NCBI RefSeq assembly: GCF_009914755.1
Contig: NC_060947.1
Reading direction: 5' to 3' (one strand)
From: the human T2T-CHM13v2.0 reference genome, Homo sapiens
Length of the DNA stretch: 64,000 nt
Position numbers and translations under genes: made by a program. Positions within the stretch are counted from its first letter, which is position 1. Each line of letters begins with the position of its first letter. This document shows, piece after piece, positions 1-22,529 of this stretch. A model generated the notes under the pieces. It saw only the letters and a list, made by a program, of their open reading frames with translations. It was not told the DNA's origin and did not search any database.

Positions 1-267
1 GGCGGGCGGATCACCCGAGGTCAGGAGTTTGAGACCAGCCTGGCCAACATGGTGAAACCCCATCTCTACTAAAAATACAAAAATCAGCCGGGCGTGGTGG
101 TGCACACCTACAATCCCAGCTACTCGGGCATGGTGGTGCACACCTACAGTCCCAGCTACTTGGGAGACAGAGGCAGGAGAATCACTTTAACCTGGAAGAA
201 GGAGGTTGCAGTGAGCTGAGATCGTGCCATTGCGCTCCAGCCTGGAAGATGAGAGTGAAACTCCATC

Positions 268-628
268 AAAGAAAGGAAGAAAGAAAGAGAAAGAAAGGAA
301 AAGAAAGAAAGAGAGAGAAAGGAAAGGAAGGAAGGATGGAAGGAAGGGCAAGAAAGAGAGAGAGAAATAAAGAAAGAAAGAAAAGAGAGAAAGGAAAGGA
401 AGGAAGGATGGAAGGAAGGGAAAGAAAGAGAGAGAGAAAGAAAGAAAGAAGAAGGAGAAAGAAAGAAGAGAGAGGAAAGGAAGGAAGGATGGAAGGAAGG
501 GAAAGAAAGAGAAAGAAAGAAAGAAAGAGAAAAAGAAAGAGAAAGAAAGAGAAAAAGAAGAAAGAAAGAAAAAAGAAAGAAAGAGAGAAAGAAAGAAAGA
601 AAGAAAGAAAAGAAAAGAAAAAGAAAAA
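268..628. repeat. (GAAA/GGAA)n Alu-tail expansion
   Basis: Direct reading. Confidence 0.9.
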
Positions 629-659
629 TAGGGAGACAGATGCAGAGACGGAGTGTCTT

Positions 660-875
660 GTGTCTGAGCCTCAGCACTGCTGACATTTAGGGCTGGATGA
701 CTGACTCTGTGATGGGGCCGTCCTGTGCCCTGTAGGATGCTGAGGAGCATCTCTGGGCTCGCCCACCGGGCCCCAGGAGCACCCCCTATCCCAGTTCTGA
801 CAACTAAAGGTAATTTCCAGACAGTGCTCAGTGTCCTCTGCGGGTGCAGAATCGCCCCTGGCTGAGGACCTCTCA
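660..875 (-). mobile_element. MER20 (hAT-Charlie) DNA transposon
   Basis: cctcagcactgctgacattt...gtcctgtgccctgtaggatg...aatcgcccctggctgaggacc resembles the recalled MER20 reverse consensus. Confidence 0.7.
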
Positions 876-961
876 CCACTGATGTCTCCCTGACTCTGAG
901 AGTTTTACCCATGGGTGATGATACTTTGGAACTCAGAATATCCTGTAGCCATTTATGTCCC

Positions 962-1345
962 AGGGAGAGAGAGGAAGAGAGAGGAGAAAGCGGAAGAGAG
1001 ACGAGAGAGAGAGAGAGAGAGAGAAGAGAGAGAAAAGATAGAAAGAGAAAGGAGAGAGAGAGAGAGAGGACAGAGAAAGAGGAGAGAGAGAGAGGAGAGA
1101 GAAACAGAGAGGAGAGAGGACAGAGAGAAGAGAGAGGAGAGAGAAAAAGAGAGGACACAGAAAGAGGAGAGAGAAAGAGAGAGGAGAGAGAGAAAAGAGG
1201 GAAAGAGGAGAGAGAGAAAAGAGGGAAAGAGGAGGGAGAGAGAGGACAGAGAAAGAGGAGAGACACAGGAGAGAGAAAGAAAGAGAAGAGAGAGAGGAGA
1301 GAGGGAAAGAGAGAGAGATAGAGAGGAGACAGAGAGAGAGAGCAA
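962..1345. repeat. GA-rich low-complexity tract
   Basis: Direct reading. Confidence 0.9.
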
Positions 1346-2281
1346 GACCCACCTCTTTCTCTGTTTCTGAAATCAGGATTTTGCACCCGGAAAAGAGCAC
1401 ATTGAGGCCGGCCTTCCAGTTGCGGTGGGGCTGAGCCCGTGTCTGCAACCCAGATGCCATTTGGGAAATCATGGTTTTCTCCTGCACAGGGTCCATAGGC
1501 CCGGGGGGCAAATTTCCCACTTAACAGACGGTCCTTCTAGCAGGGTTGGTACAGAAGCTTCCCTTTCACTAACATCTTCCAACCTTCCTTCTAAAAAAAA
1601 AAAAAAAAAAGTAGGGGGAGAGGGGGAGGTAACCACAGAACAGTTCTTTTATTTATTTTCCCCAAAACAATCAACTATTTAGCCAGCGCGTCCCTGGCTT
1701 CTCACCTTGGTGGTCAGGTCATTAATTATGAGCCCAGGTCGCCGCTAAAGACCTTTCCTGGCTGGTCCTGCCTCGGTGCACACAGCAGCAATAGCTGGGG
1801 CTTGTCAGGGCCTCCGCAGACCCCCAGGAGCTGGGGTGAGGGAAAGTGAGTCCTAAAAGGGCCACTGTGCCTGGAAGGACGAAGGAGGGAGCTGGGAGGA
1901 GGGAGGGAGGGAGACCGTGGTCTCTCTCCAGCCTCTGGAGGCCGTGCCAACTGGGGCTGACGGAGAGGGTGCATTTCACCCTGGCAATGCCTCCACTTTT
2001 CCCGGATTCAGAACTTGCAGCCTTGGAGTCTGGGGCAGGAGAGCCTGCCTTCTGGGAACCCCTCTGTCTCGAGATGATGAGGGTCACAGCTTCCCCATCA
2101 CAGCTGGCCAATCGAGGCACGACCAAAATCGATTCACAGGAGTCTGTGCCTCGACCTCCAAAGCCACATTGGCTTTTTTTGCTCTGCGTGTCTTCAATCT
2201 CTCCAGCTGGCTCTCTGAGAGTGTATTTTTTTTTACAACAGACATTTAGGATGAGAAATGAAGGTTTACATGAATTAAACA

Positions 2282-3471
<1,190 letters not shown>

Positions 3472-3945
3472 CAGTGTGAATGTCATTAATGCCACAAAAC
3501 TATAAACTTCAAAGTGGTTAAGACGGTAAAGTTTACATGATGTATTTTTGACCATCATTTTTAAAAAGAAGTTTATATGCAAAAGTTCATCTGATTCTTT
3601 CATTGTTCACTAACGTTCACTGTAATATTCCTTGCTACAAAGCAAGCCCGCTCTGAATCACAGTTGCCCTCAGGATGTAATAAAACCTTACTTAAGAATA
3701 ATATAAACCACCTTCTTTCCTGCGGGAATTTGGCCGTACATGGAATGAGGCTGGAGTCTCCGAGTCAGGAATTCCTCATGTTGAAAGCTTTGATGTCTGG
3801 AACCACCCTGGAGGAATGTAGCTAATTCTGTTTTTGAGTTTTCACGGATCCCTAATATGGACAGAGACATCGTGACAACTTTGGTTCTGGGGTCGTGCTG
3901 ACCCAAGACTGCACCTAGATTTCCTGCTGTGGGCGCATGGCTGCT

Positions 3946-4935
3946 CTGCTCTCCTCTCCCCTCCCCTCCCCTCCTCCCCTCCCTCCTCTCCTCCCCTCGC
4001 TGTTTCCCCATCACACCACTTCAGTTGCTTAGATGCTCTCCTCTCCCCTCCTCCCCTCTCCTCTCCCCTCCTCCCCTCTCCTCTCCCCTCCTCCCCTCTC
4101 CTCTCCCCTCCTCCCCTCTCCTCTCCCCTCCTCCCCTCTCCTCTCCCCTCCTCCCCTCTCCTCTCCCCTCCTCCCCTCTCCTCCCCTCCCCTCTCCTCCC
4201 TTCCCCTCTCCTCCCCTCCCCTCCCCTCCCCTCCCCTCTCCTCCCTTCCCCTCTCCTCCCCTCCCCTCCCCTCCCTCCCCTCCCCTCCCCTCCCCTCCCC
4301 TCCCCTCCCCTCCCCTCCCCTCCCCTCCGCTCCCCTCCCCTCTCCTCTCCTCCCCTCTCCTCTCCTCTCCTCCCCTCCCCTCTCCTCTCCTCCCCTCCCT
4401 GCTTCCCCATCACACCACCTGAGTTGCTTAGATGCTCTCCTCTCCCCTCCTTCCCTCTCCTCCCCTCTCCTCTCCTCCCCTCCCCTCTTCTCTCCTCTCC
4501 TCTCCTCCCCTCTCCCCTCCTCCCCTCTCCTCCCCTCATCTCCTCCCTCCTCCCCTCCCCTCGCCCCCCCTCCCCTCTCCTCTCCTCCTCTCCCCTCTCC
4601 TCCCCTCCCCTCTCCTCCCCTCTCCTCTCCTCCCCTCCCCTCTCCTCCCCTCTCCTCTCCTCCCCTCCCCTCTCCTCCCCTCTCCTCTCCTCCCCTCTCC
4701 TCCCCTCTCCTCTCCTCCCCTCTCCTCTCCTCCCCTCTCCTCTCCTCTCCTCCCCTCTCCTCTCCTCTCCTCCCCTCTCCTCTCCTCTCCTCCCCTCTCC
4801 TCTCCTCCCCTCTTCTCTCCTCTCCTCTCCTCCCCTCCCCTCCCCTCCCCTCCCTGCTTCCCCATCACACCAGTTGAGTTGCTTAGATGCTCTCCTCTCC
4901 TCTCCTCCCCTCCTCTCCCCTTTCTTTTCTTCTGT
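3946..4935. repeat. Polypyrimidine (CCTCT/CCCCT)n tract with three copies of a ~40-bp spacer
   Basis: Spacer ccccatcacacca..agttgcttagatgctctc at ~4000, ~4400 and ~4855. Confidence 0.93.
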
Positions 4936-4952
4936 TTTTTTCTTTTCTTTTC

Positions 4953-9363
<4,411 letters not shown>

Positions 9364-9441
9364 TCAGGGAGGCTGCTGGCTAATCAGGGAGGTAACAGAG
9401 TTGAGTGTGGTGGGTAGTGAATGAGTAAAGGAGGGCGGTCT

Positions 9442-11496
<2,055 letters not shown>

Positions 11497-11628
11497 GTAG
11501 GTGTCAAAACTGGACCCAATTCTCTTATGATAATGTAGTCAATAAAATAAAATAAAATAAAATAGGGCCAGGTGCAATGGCTCACACCTGTAATCCCAGC
11601 GCTTTGGGAGGTTGAGGCAGGTGGATCA

Positions 11629-12372
<744 letters not shown>

Positions 12373-12995
12373 TTAAAAAATAATATAGACAGGCCTCATT
12401 GATACTTGGGCACCCATACTGCCTTTTGCACATATGTCAAAAAGAAACCCATCCTTAATAAATCGCATTATGCCCACAGCTGGTGCACGTGCGTGTGGAA
12501 TGTAGCATGCTAAGTCATCTGCATGGAGGATGCATTGTGCGGTCATGGGGGTGTAGAGTGAATGTGGGGAGTGGGAAGATTTCAGGCAGCTGCTGTGAAT
12601 ACCAACTGATCTCTTACCGGCCCCTCTTTCTAAAAAGGGGGTCAGGACAAGACTCTACCTCGAAAGGTAGAGCAGGGCCTGTCTGTGCCCATCACCAACA
12701 GGTGTTCCGAGATTTCAGGTCAATGCCAGGCACGGTGGCTCCCTCCTGTAATCTCAGCGCTTTGGGAGGCTGTGATGGGGGGATTGCTCGAGGCCAGAAG
12801 TTTGAGACCAGCCTGGGAAACATAGCAAGGCCTCACCTCCGAAAAAGAAATGTAAAATTAGGTGGCTGGGGTGGTGCCCATCTGCAGTCCCAGCTACTCT
12901 GGAGGCTGAGGCGGGGGGTATTACTTCAGCCCAGGAGGTTGAGGCTGCAGTGAGCTGAGATCACACCACTGCACTCCAGCCTGGGCCACATAGCA

Positions 12996-13290
12996 AGACA
13001 AGAAAAAGAAAGGAAGAAAGAAAAGAAAGAAGGAAAGAGGAAAGGAGGAGAGGAAGAGAGAAAGAGAGAGAGAAAGGAAGGAGAGAGAGAGAGAGAAAGA
13101 AAGAAACAAAGAATTAAAGAAAGAAAGAGAATGAAAGAGAGAAAGAAAAAAGAGAGAAAGAGAGAAAGGAAGAAAAAGAAAGAGAGAAAAAGAAAGAGAA
13201 AGAAAGAAAAGAGAAAGAAAGAAAAAAGAAAGAAAGAAAGAAAAGAAAGAAAGAAAGAAGGAAGGAAAAGAAAAGGAAGGAAGGAAGGAA
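12996..13290. repeat. (GAAA)n Alu-tail expansion
   Basis: Direct reading. Confidence 0.9.
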
Positions 13291-13354
13291 GGGCTGGGCG
13301 TGGTGGCTTACACCTGTAATGCCAGCATTTCGGGAGGCCGAGGTGGGTGGATCA

Positions 13355-13651
<297 letters not shown>

Positions 13652-13836
13652 TCACTGCAGACCCAGCCACGATGCAAAGGATATTTCCCAGTGTTTCCTT
13701 TTTGGGACATAAGTATGTAACTGTAGAAATTCATAGTAGGGCCGGGCGCCATGACTCACGCCTCTAATCCCACCACCTTGGGAGGCCAGAGGAGGGAGGA
13801 TCCCTTGAGCCCAGGAGCTTGAGACCAGCCTCGTCA

Positions 13837-14409
<573 letters not shown>

Positions 14410-14737
14410 TCACGCCTGTAATCCCAGCACTTTGAGAGGCTGAGGCGGTTGGATCACCTGAGGTTGGGAGTTCGAGACCAGCCTGGCCAACATGGGGAAA
14501 CCCCATCTCTCCTAAAAATACAAAACTTAGCCGGGTTTGGTGGCAGTCGCCCGGAATGTCAGGTACTCGGGAGGCTGAGGTTGCAGCGAGCTGAGATCGC
14601 GCCACTGCACTCCAGCCTGGGCGACAGAGCGAGACTCCATCTCAAAAATAAAATAAAATAACTATCATTCAAATTCAGGGTCCTTGAGCCGTATTCCTAG
14701 TTCTATTGACTCACCTCACTTTAAAACTATCGTTCAA

Positions 14738-15046
14738 CAATGAGAACACATGGACACAGGGTGGGGAACATCACACACCGGGGCCTGTTGTGGGGTGGGG
14801 AGAGAGGGGAGGGATAGCATTGGGAGATATACCTAATGTTAAATGATGGTTCATGGGTGCAGCACACCAGCATGGCACATGGATACATATGTAACTAACC
14901 TGCACGTTGTGCACATGTACCCTAGAACTTAAAGTATAATAATAATAATACAATTTTTAAAATACAATGAAAAAAATACAAATAAAAAATAAAATAAAAA
15001 ATAGTAAAAATAAAAAATACAAATAAAAATAATGCAATTTAAAAAA
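14738..15046 (+). mobile_element. 5'-truncated L1PA 3' end with A-rich tail
   Basis: L1 3'UTR (..gtgcacatgtaccctagaacttaaagtataata). 15-bp TSD aaaactatcgttcaa (14723-14737 / 15047-15061) at a TT|AAAA endonuclease site. Confidence 0.92.
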
Positions 15047-15489
15047 AAAACTATCGTTCAAGTATCTGCCCCCGGTTTTCTTCATCTCTGAATGGCTGTT
15101 TTTGCAGAACTGGCAGAAACTCAGAACGAACGCCATTCATTCTTAGGACGCAGAGTTAAATTCTGCAACAGCCACAGCATCCTAACGCCTGGTTGCCTGC
15201 ACCCGCCAGCCTGTTGCAAATGCTCACAGAAAGTCTGAAAACAGGAAATTCTAAAAGAAGGGGTTGCTTTTGTTTGACAACCAGACGGGCCAGTGATTTA
15301 CAGCCGGACCCGGCCCCTTGCTCCTGGTCAGCCCTCTCGGAGCAGGCAGGTGACGGCACAAATGTCTCGCACAAATGTTGCCCAGGCTCTGAGAATCTGA
15401 GAACGCCTTTTGCTTTTTGCAGTTCAAGGGACTTCCACCCCGGGCGGGAGATGCCAGTTCCAGACAAATGCATTTAGGTGGTTTATTAT

Positions 15490-16260
15490 CCCAATTAATT
15501 TAATTAGGATTTAATTTAATTTAAATTTAATTGAGATAATTAAATTTATAATAAGGATAATTAAATTAATTAATTTAATTAATGAAGTAATTAAATTAAA
15601 TTAATTAATTTAATTAATGAAGCAATTAAATTTATTGATTAATTTAATTAATGAAGTAATTAAATTAATAAATTTATTAATTTATTAATTTATATTAAAT
15701 TAATTAATTTATTAATTTATTAATTTATATTAAATTAATTAATTTATTAATTTATTAATTTATATTAAATTAATTATAAATAAATATAAATATTTAAATA
15801 ATTAAATAATTAAATATTAATTTAATAAACAAATAAATATTTATATTTATAAATATTAATTATATAAATATAAATAGTATATATTTTATATATAATTAAT
15901 TTTATATATAAATTTATATATAATTTTATATAAAATTAATTATATAAACATTTATAGCTATTAATAAATAATTATGAATATTAAATAAATATTAATTAAT
16001 TAATTAATTGTATATTAATAAGTTAGTTGATAAATTTAATTATTGACAAGTATTAATAAATAGATAATTGATAAATTTAATTATTTATAAATTTAATTAT
16101 TTATTAATTACTTATAATTAATTATATAATAAAATAATTTATTAATCAAATTACTTTCTTAACTGATTTAATTGTTTTATTAATTAAATTAATTTTATTA
16201 ATTGATTTAATTAAGTGCATGAAGTGTTTAATGAATTACTTAAATTTATTAATTAATTTA
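15490..16260. repeat. AT-rich low-complexity tract
   Basis: Direct reading; almost only A/T. Confidence 0.93.
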
Positions 16261-16761
16261 GGATGATTCCTACATCTCATACACGTGTCTTTAAGAAACG
16301 CCACACACTCCGAATTTAGTAATTCCTAAATGTCTGGCAGGCCTTCTCAGAGGAAGTGCTGTTTTTCTTTAACAATGGGAACCCTATTTTATCTGTCAGT
16401 GAGCAGTCCACACGTTGTAATTTTTTTCTTTCATACGCTGTGAAATATGAGGCATTTTTGCTTCCCCCAACCCCCTTTCTTCGGAAGACAGGGCTTCCTG
16501 CTGTCTGGTTTTGCTCTTGTAGCTGAACGTCGCTTGGGGCCAGCGAGATTTAAGCGGTGGTTTTGTGCAAAGCGTTGGAGCCTGGCTCATGAAGGCTGCT
16601 TGCAGAATTATGGATAATCCCGTTACCTGGGACTTCCCACTCTTGCAGCTTGCCAGAGTCAGAGAGGTGTTTGTTCTCTGACAACAAAGCCTTCTTTAAA
16701 ATAAAATAGGATCCACAATTGCGCTGCTGGGCAAAACTTCGTGAGAAATAAAAACTGATAA

Positions 16762-17410
<649 letters not shown>

Positions 17411-17417
17411 GCTCTTG

Positions 17418-17858
17418 ATATATATAAATAAATAAATATATACATTATATATAATGTATATATTATATACATTATATATAATGTATATATTATATACATT
17501 ATATATAATGTATATATAATATACATTATCTATTATCTATTATCTATTATATATAACATTATATATTATATATTATATATTAAATAAAAATATATATAAT
17601 ATATTATATTATATAGTATTATTAATATATTATAATTAATATATATTAAGATATTTATATATTATATAATTAATATATATTAATTATAATACATATATAT
17701 AATATATACTTATAATATATTTATATATATTTTATATTATATATATTTATATTATATATTATATATATTATATATATAATATATATATTATATATAAAGT
17801 ACATATTATATATTTTATATATATTAAATATATATAGTTAATGTATACATATTTTTAA
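17418..17858. repeat. (TA)n-rich tract
   Basis: Direct reading. Confidence 0.93.
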
Positions 17859-17859
17859 A

Positions 17860-18410
17860 TCTTGCCACATTCCTATCTAAGGGGTCTGGGGAGTTGTGCC
17901 CTACAAACCATCCATTCTCATCAGATGGGTTTTATTTAACCTTATATACCATGACTTACTTTCCAACCTGACTCCAGCATCACATTATGAGACAAGAAAA
18001 AAAATCAAAATACTTATCCCCAAAATATATTTCATTGCCATATCTCGAAATGGCCCTGGAAGGCCGTTCTTTGTGGGGGGAAATTCACATCTGCAGAGAA
18101 TCTGTATTCACATAGCTAGATCTTTTTCTTCCAGGCCCTCCCAATCCTAAAGAGATTATCTAGGAGTCTAGTAAGCTTGTCAAGGTCTGAACAGGAAACA
18201 TTTGTCTTCTGCTGTCTCTAAGGGCAGCCACTATGAGACCTCAAAAGAACCTTGGTCTCCACAATCTCTTATCTTAACCCAAACATTTCCTTTCTATGGA
18301 TCCCAGGTCTTAAACAAACTCAACCAGTTGTCAAGCAATGTTTCAATTCACGGATAGCCTGGAAGGCCCCAGTTTGAATTGTCTCACCTTTGTGGACCGA
18401 ACCAATACCT
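17860..18410 (+). mobile_element. MER4-group ERV1 LTR fragment
   Basis: ctaaggggtctggggag...ccctacaaacca...tctcatcagatgggttttatttaacc resembles recalled MER4-type LTRs. Confidence 0.6.
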
Positions 18411-18933
18411 TTCTTTTCTTTCTTTTTCTTTCTTTCTTTCTTTTCTTTCTTTCTTTCTTTTTTTCTCTCTTCTTCCTTCCTTTCTTTTCATTTTCTCTCT
18501 TTCCCTCCCTCCCTCCTTCTCTCTTTCTTTCTTCTTTCTTTCTTCCTTTTTCTTTTCTTTGTTTCTTTCTTCCTTTCTTTCTTTTCTTTCTTTTCTCTTT
18601 CCCTTCCTTCCTTCCTTTCTTTCCTTTCTTTCTTTTCTCTTTCCCTCCCTCCCTCCATCTCTCTTTTTTCTTTCTTTTCTCTCTTTCCCTTTCTTCCTTC
18701 CTTTCTTTCCTTCCTTTCTTTCCTCTTTCCCTCCCTCCCTCCATCTCTCTTTTTTCTTTCTTTTCTCTCTTTCCCTTTCTTCCTTCCTTTCTTTCTTTCC
18801 TTTCTTTCTTTTCTCTTTCCCTCCCTCAGTCTCTCTCTTTCCTTCCTTCCTTCTTTTTCTCTCTTTTCCTTCCTTCCTTCCTTTCTTCCTTCCTCTCTTT
18901 CCTTTCTTTCTTTTCTTTCTTTCCCTCCCTCCA

Positions 18934-18965
<32 letters not shown>

Positions 18966-18970
18966 CTTTT
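18410..18970. repeat. (CTTT/CCTT)n Alu-tail expansion
   Basis: Direct reading; abuts the minus-strand Alu at 18966-19255. Confidence 0.92.
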
Positions 18971-19469
18971 GAGACAGAGTCTCGCTCTGTCACCCAGGCT
19001 GGAGTGCAGCGGCATGATTCAGTCCACTGCAATCTCCACCTCCTTCCTGGGTTCAAGCGATTCTGCTGCCTCAGCCTCCCGAGTAGCTGGGATTACAGGT
19101 GCCCACCACCACGCCCGGCTAATTTTTGTATTTTTAGTAGAGATGGGGTTTCGCCATGTTGGCCAGGCTGGTCTCGAACTCCTGACCTCAGGTGATCCAC
19201 CCACCTCGGCCTCCCAAAGTGCTGGGATTACAAGCGTGAGCCACCACGCCCGGCCTCAATAGAAACTTAAAAACAAACTTTACAATAAATCGTATAAAGG
19301 GAGAGAAAGTGCAATACACGTGCATAACGATTAAGAGACTCAATATTTTAAGGCGGCTGATGGAGTCTTCAGATTCACTTGTAGGTCTCATGTAATTCAA
19401 ATCAACATTTCAATAGTTTTTTCTGTGGAACTGGAGGAACTGTTTGTAAAATGTAAATGGGAATGGCAC

Positions 19470-21965
19470 TAGAAAGAGAAGGGAATGGGGAGGGGAGGAG
19501 GGAGAGGAAGAGTAGGGGGAGGGAAAAACAAAGAGGAGAAAGAGGAAGAGGAGGAGGGGAGAAGGAGGAAGGAGAGATGGAGGAGGAGGGGAGAAGGAAG
19601 AGGAGGGAGATGAGGAGGGAAAAAGGCAGAGATGGGGAAGATAGCAAAGGAGGACAAAGAGGAGGAGAAGGAGGAGGCAGAGGAGGAGAATGAGAAGGGG
19701 AAGAAGGAGGAGGAAGAGGAGAAGGATGAGAAGGAGGAAGAGGAAAGGGAGGGAGAGAAAGAAGGAGGGGAAAGAGAAGGAGGAGGGAGAGAAAGCAGGG
19801 AAGGAGGGGAAGAGGAGGGAGAAGGAGGAGGATGCAAAGGGAGGAGGAGGGGGAGGGTGGGGAGGAGCAGGTGAAGGGAGGAGGAGGGAGGAGTAAGGGG
19901 GAGGGTGGGGAGGAGCAGGTGAAGGGAGGAGGAGGGAGGAGTAAGGGGAGTGGGAGGGGGAGGAGGAGGGGAAGGGAGGAGGAGAAGGGAGGAGGAGGAG
20001 GGAGGAGGAGGGAGGAGAAGGGGAGGAAGAGAAGTGGGGGAGGGGGAAGGGGGGAGGAGGAGGGAGGAGGAGGAGGGAGGAGGAGGAGGGAGGAGGAGGG
20101 AGGAGAAGGGGAGGAAGAGAAGTGGGGGAGGGGGAAGGGGGGAGGAGGAGGGAGGAGGAGGAGGGAGGAGGAGGAGGGAGGAGAAGGGGAGGAAGAGAAG
20201 TGGGGGAGGGGGAAGGGGGGAGGAGGAGGGGAAGGGAGGAGGAGGACGGGAAGGGAGGAGGGGAAGGGAAGAGGAGAAGGGAGGAGGAGGAGGGAGGAGG
20301 AGGAGGGAGGAGGAGGAGGGAGGAGGAGGAGGGAGGAGGAGGAGGGAGGAGAAGGGGAGGAAGAGAAGTGGGGGAGGGGGAAGGGAGGAGGAGGAGGGGA
20401 AGGGAGGAGGAGGACGGGAAGGGAGGAGGGGAAGGGAAGAGGAGAAGGGAGGAGGAGGAGGGAGGAGGAGGAGGGAGGAGGAGGAGGGAGGAGGAGGAGG
20501 GAGGAGGAGGGAGGAGGAGGAGGGAGGAGAAGGGGAGGAAGAGAAGTGGGGGAGGGGGAAGGGAGGAGGAGGAGGGGAAGGGAGGAGGAGGACGGGAAGG
20601 GAGGAGGGGAAGGGAAGAGGAGAAGGGAGGAGGAGGAGGGAGGAGGAGGAGGGGGGAGGAGGAGGGAGGAGGAGGAGGGAGGAGGAGGGAGGAGGAGGAG
20701 GGAGGAGAAGGGGAGGAAGAGAAGTGGGGGAGGGGGAAGGGGGGAGGAGGAGGGGAAGGGAGGAGGAGGACGGGAAGGGAGGAGGGGAAGGGAAGAGGAG
20801 AAGGGAGGAGGAGGAGGGAGGAGGAGGAGGGAGGAGGAGGAGGGAGGAGGAGGAGGGAGGAGGAGGAGGGAGGAGAAGGGGAGGAAGAGAAGTGGGGGAG
20901 GGGGAAGGGAGGAGGAGGAGGGGAAGGGAGGAGGAGGACGGGAAGGGAGGAGGGGAAGGGAAGAGGAGAAGGGAGGAGGAGGAGGGAGGAGGAGGAGGGA
21001 GGAGGAGGAGGAGGAGGAGGAGGGAGGAGGAGGGAGGAGGAGGAGGGAGGAGAAGGGGAGGAAGAGAAGTGGGGGAGGGGGAAGGGAGGAGGAGGAGGGG
21101 AAGGGAGGAGGAGGACGGGAAGGGAGGAGGGGAAGGGAAGAGGAGAAGGGAGGAGGAGGAGGGAGGAGGAGGAGGGAGGAGGAGGAGGGAGGAGGAGGAG
21201 GGAGGAGGAGGAGGGAGGAGAAGGGGAGGAAGAGAAGTGGGGGAGGGGGAAGGGAGGAGGAGGAGGGGAAGGGAGGAGGAGGACGGGAAGGGAGGAGGGG
21301 AAGGGAAGAGGAGAAGGAGGAGGAGGAGGGAGGAGGAGGAGGGAGGAGGAGGAGGGAGGAGGAGGAGGGAGGAGGAGGAGGGAGGAGAAGGGGAGGAAGA
21401 GAAGTGGGGGAGGGGGAAGGGAGGAGGAGGAGGGGAAGGGAGGAGGAGGACGGGAAGGGAGGAGGGGAAGGGAAGAGGAGAAGGGAGGAGGAGGAGGGAG
21501 GAGGAGGAGGGAGGAGGAGGAGGAAGGAGGAGGAGGAGGGAGGAGGAGGAGGGAGGAGAAGGGGAGGAAGAGAAGTGGGGGAGGGGGAAGGGAGGAGGAG
21601 GAGGGGAAGGGAAGAGGAGGAGAAAAAGAGAAGGAGGAGGTGGAGGGAGGAGGAGGGGGATCAGGAGAAGAGGATAGGAGGAGAGGAAGGTGGGAGGAGG
21701 GAGAGAAGGGAAGAGGAAGTGAGGACGAGGGAGGAGGAGGAGGGGAAGGGAAGAGGAGGAGAAGAGCAGGAGGACAGGGAGGGGGAGGGAGGAGGAGGTG
21801 GAGGGGGAGAAGAGGATGGGAGACGAGGAAGGTAGGAGGAGGAGGGGCAGGAGAAGAGAAGTGGAGAAGAAAAGGAGGAGGGAGGAGGAGGAGGGAGGAG
21901 GAGGGGGAGGAGAAAGGGAGGAGGAGAAGTGGGGGAGGGGGAAGGGAGGAGGAAGGGGGAAGGGA
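19470..21965. repeat. 2.5-kb polypurine (GGA)n-based tract with ~165-180-bp higher-order unit
   Basis: Almost only G/A on the + strand; the marker gaagagaagtggggg recurs at ~170-bp spacing from ~20190 to ~21570. Confidence 0.95.
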
Positions 21966-21967
21966 AA

Positions 21968-22278
21968 TCGTGTTTCCAATGCATTTCTTGCTTCCGCGGA
22001 AATTGTCTATCAAATTCATGTCCTGCTTCCGTGATAATTGTCTTTCAGATGCATTTCTTGCTTCTGTGATAATTGTCTGTCAAATGCATTTCTTGCTTCC
22101 GTGGAAATTGGCTTTCAAATTTATTTCTTGCTTCCGTGATAATTGTCTTTCAAATGCATTTCTTGCTTTCTTGGAAATTATCTTTCAAATTCATTTCTTG
22201 CTTCCGTGATAATTGTCTTTCAAATGCATTTCTTGCTTTCGTGGAAATTGTCTTTCAAATGCATTTCTTGCTTTCCTG
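21968..22278. repeat. 35-bp tandem repeat, ~9 copies
   Basis: ctt(c/t)c starts every 35 bp from 21991 to 22271; consensus cttccgtg(ga/at)aattgtctttcaaatgcatttcttg. Confidence 0.95.
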
Positions 22279-22337
22279 GTGAACGGCAGCATAAAAGAAT
22301 TCGCTAGGTGCTTCTGCTCTAATTTTGGTTGTTTAAC

Positions 22338-22529
22338 TTTTTTTTTTCAGTGTATGTGCAGCTTTTATTTTTTTTTAATTTTATTATTATACTTTAAGTT
22401 TTAGGGTACATGTGCACAACGTGCAGGTTTGTTACATATGTATACATGTGCCATGCTGGTGTGCTGCACCTATTAACTCGTCCTTTAGCATTAGGTATAT
22501 CTCCTAATGCTATCCTTCCCCCCTCCCCC
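22338..22529 (-). mobile_element. 5'-truncated L1PA 3' end with probable short 3' transduction
   Basis: Reverse L1 3'UTR (tatactttaagttttagggtacatgtgcacaacg). TSD tggttgtttaac at 22326-22337 / 22530-22541. Confidence 0.88.
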
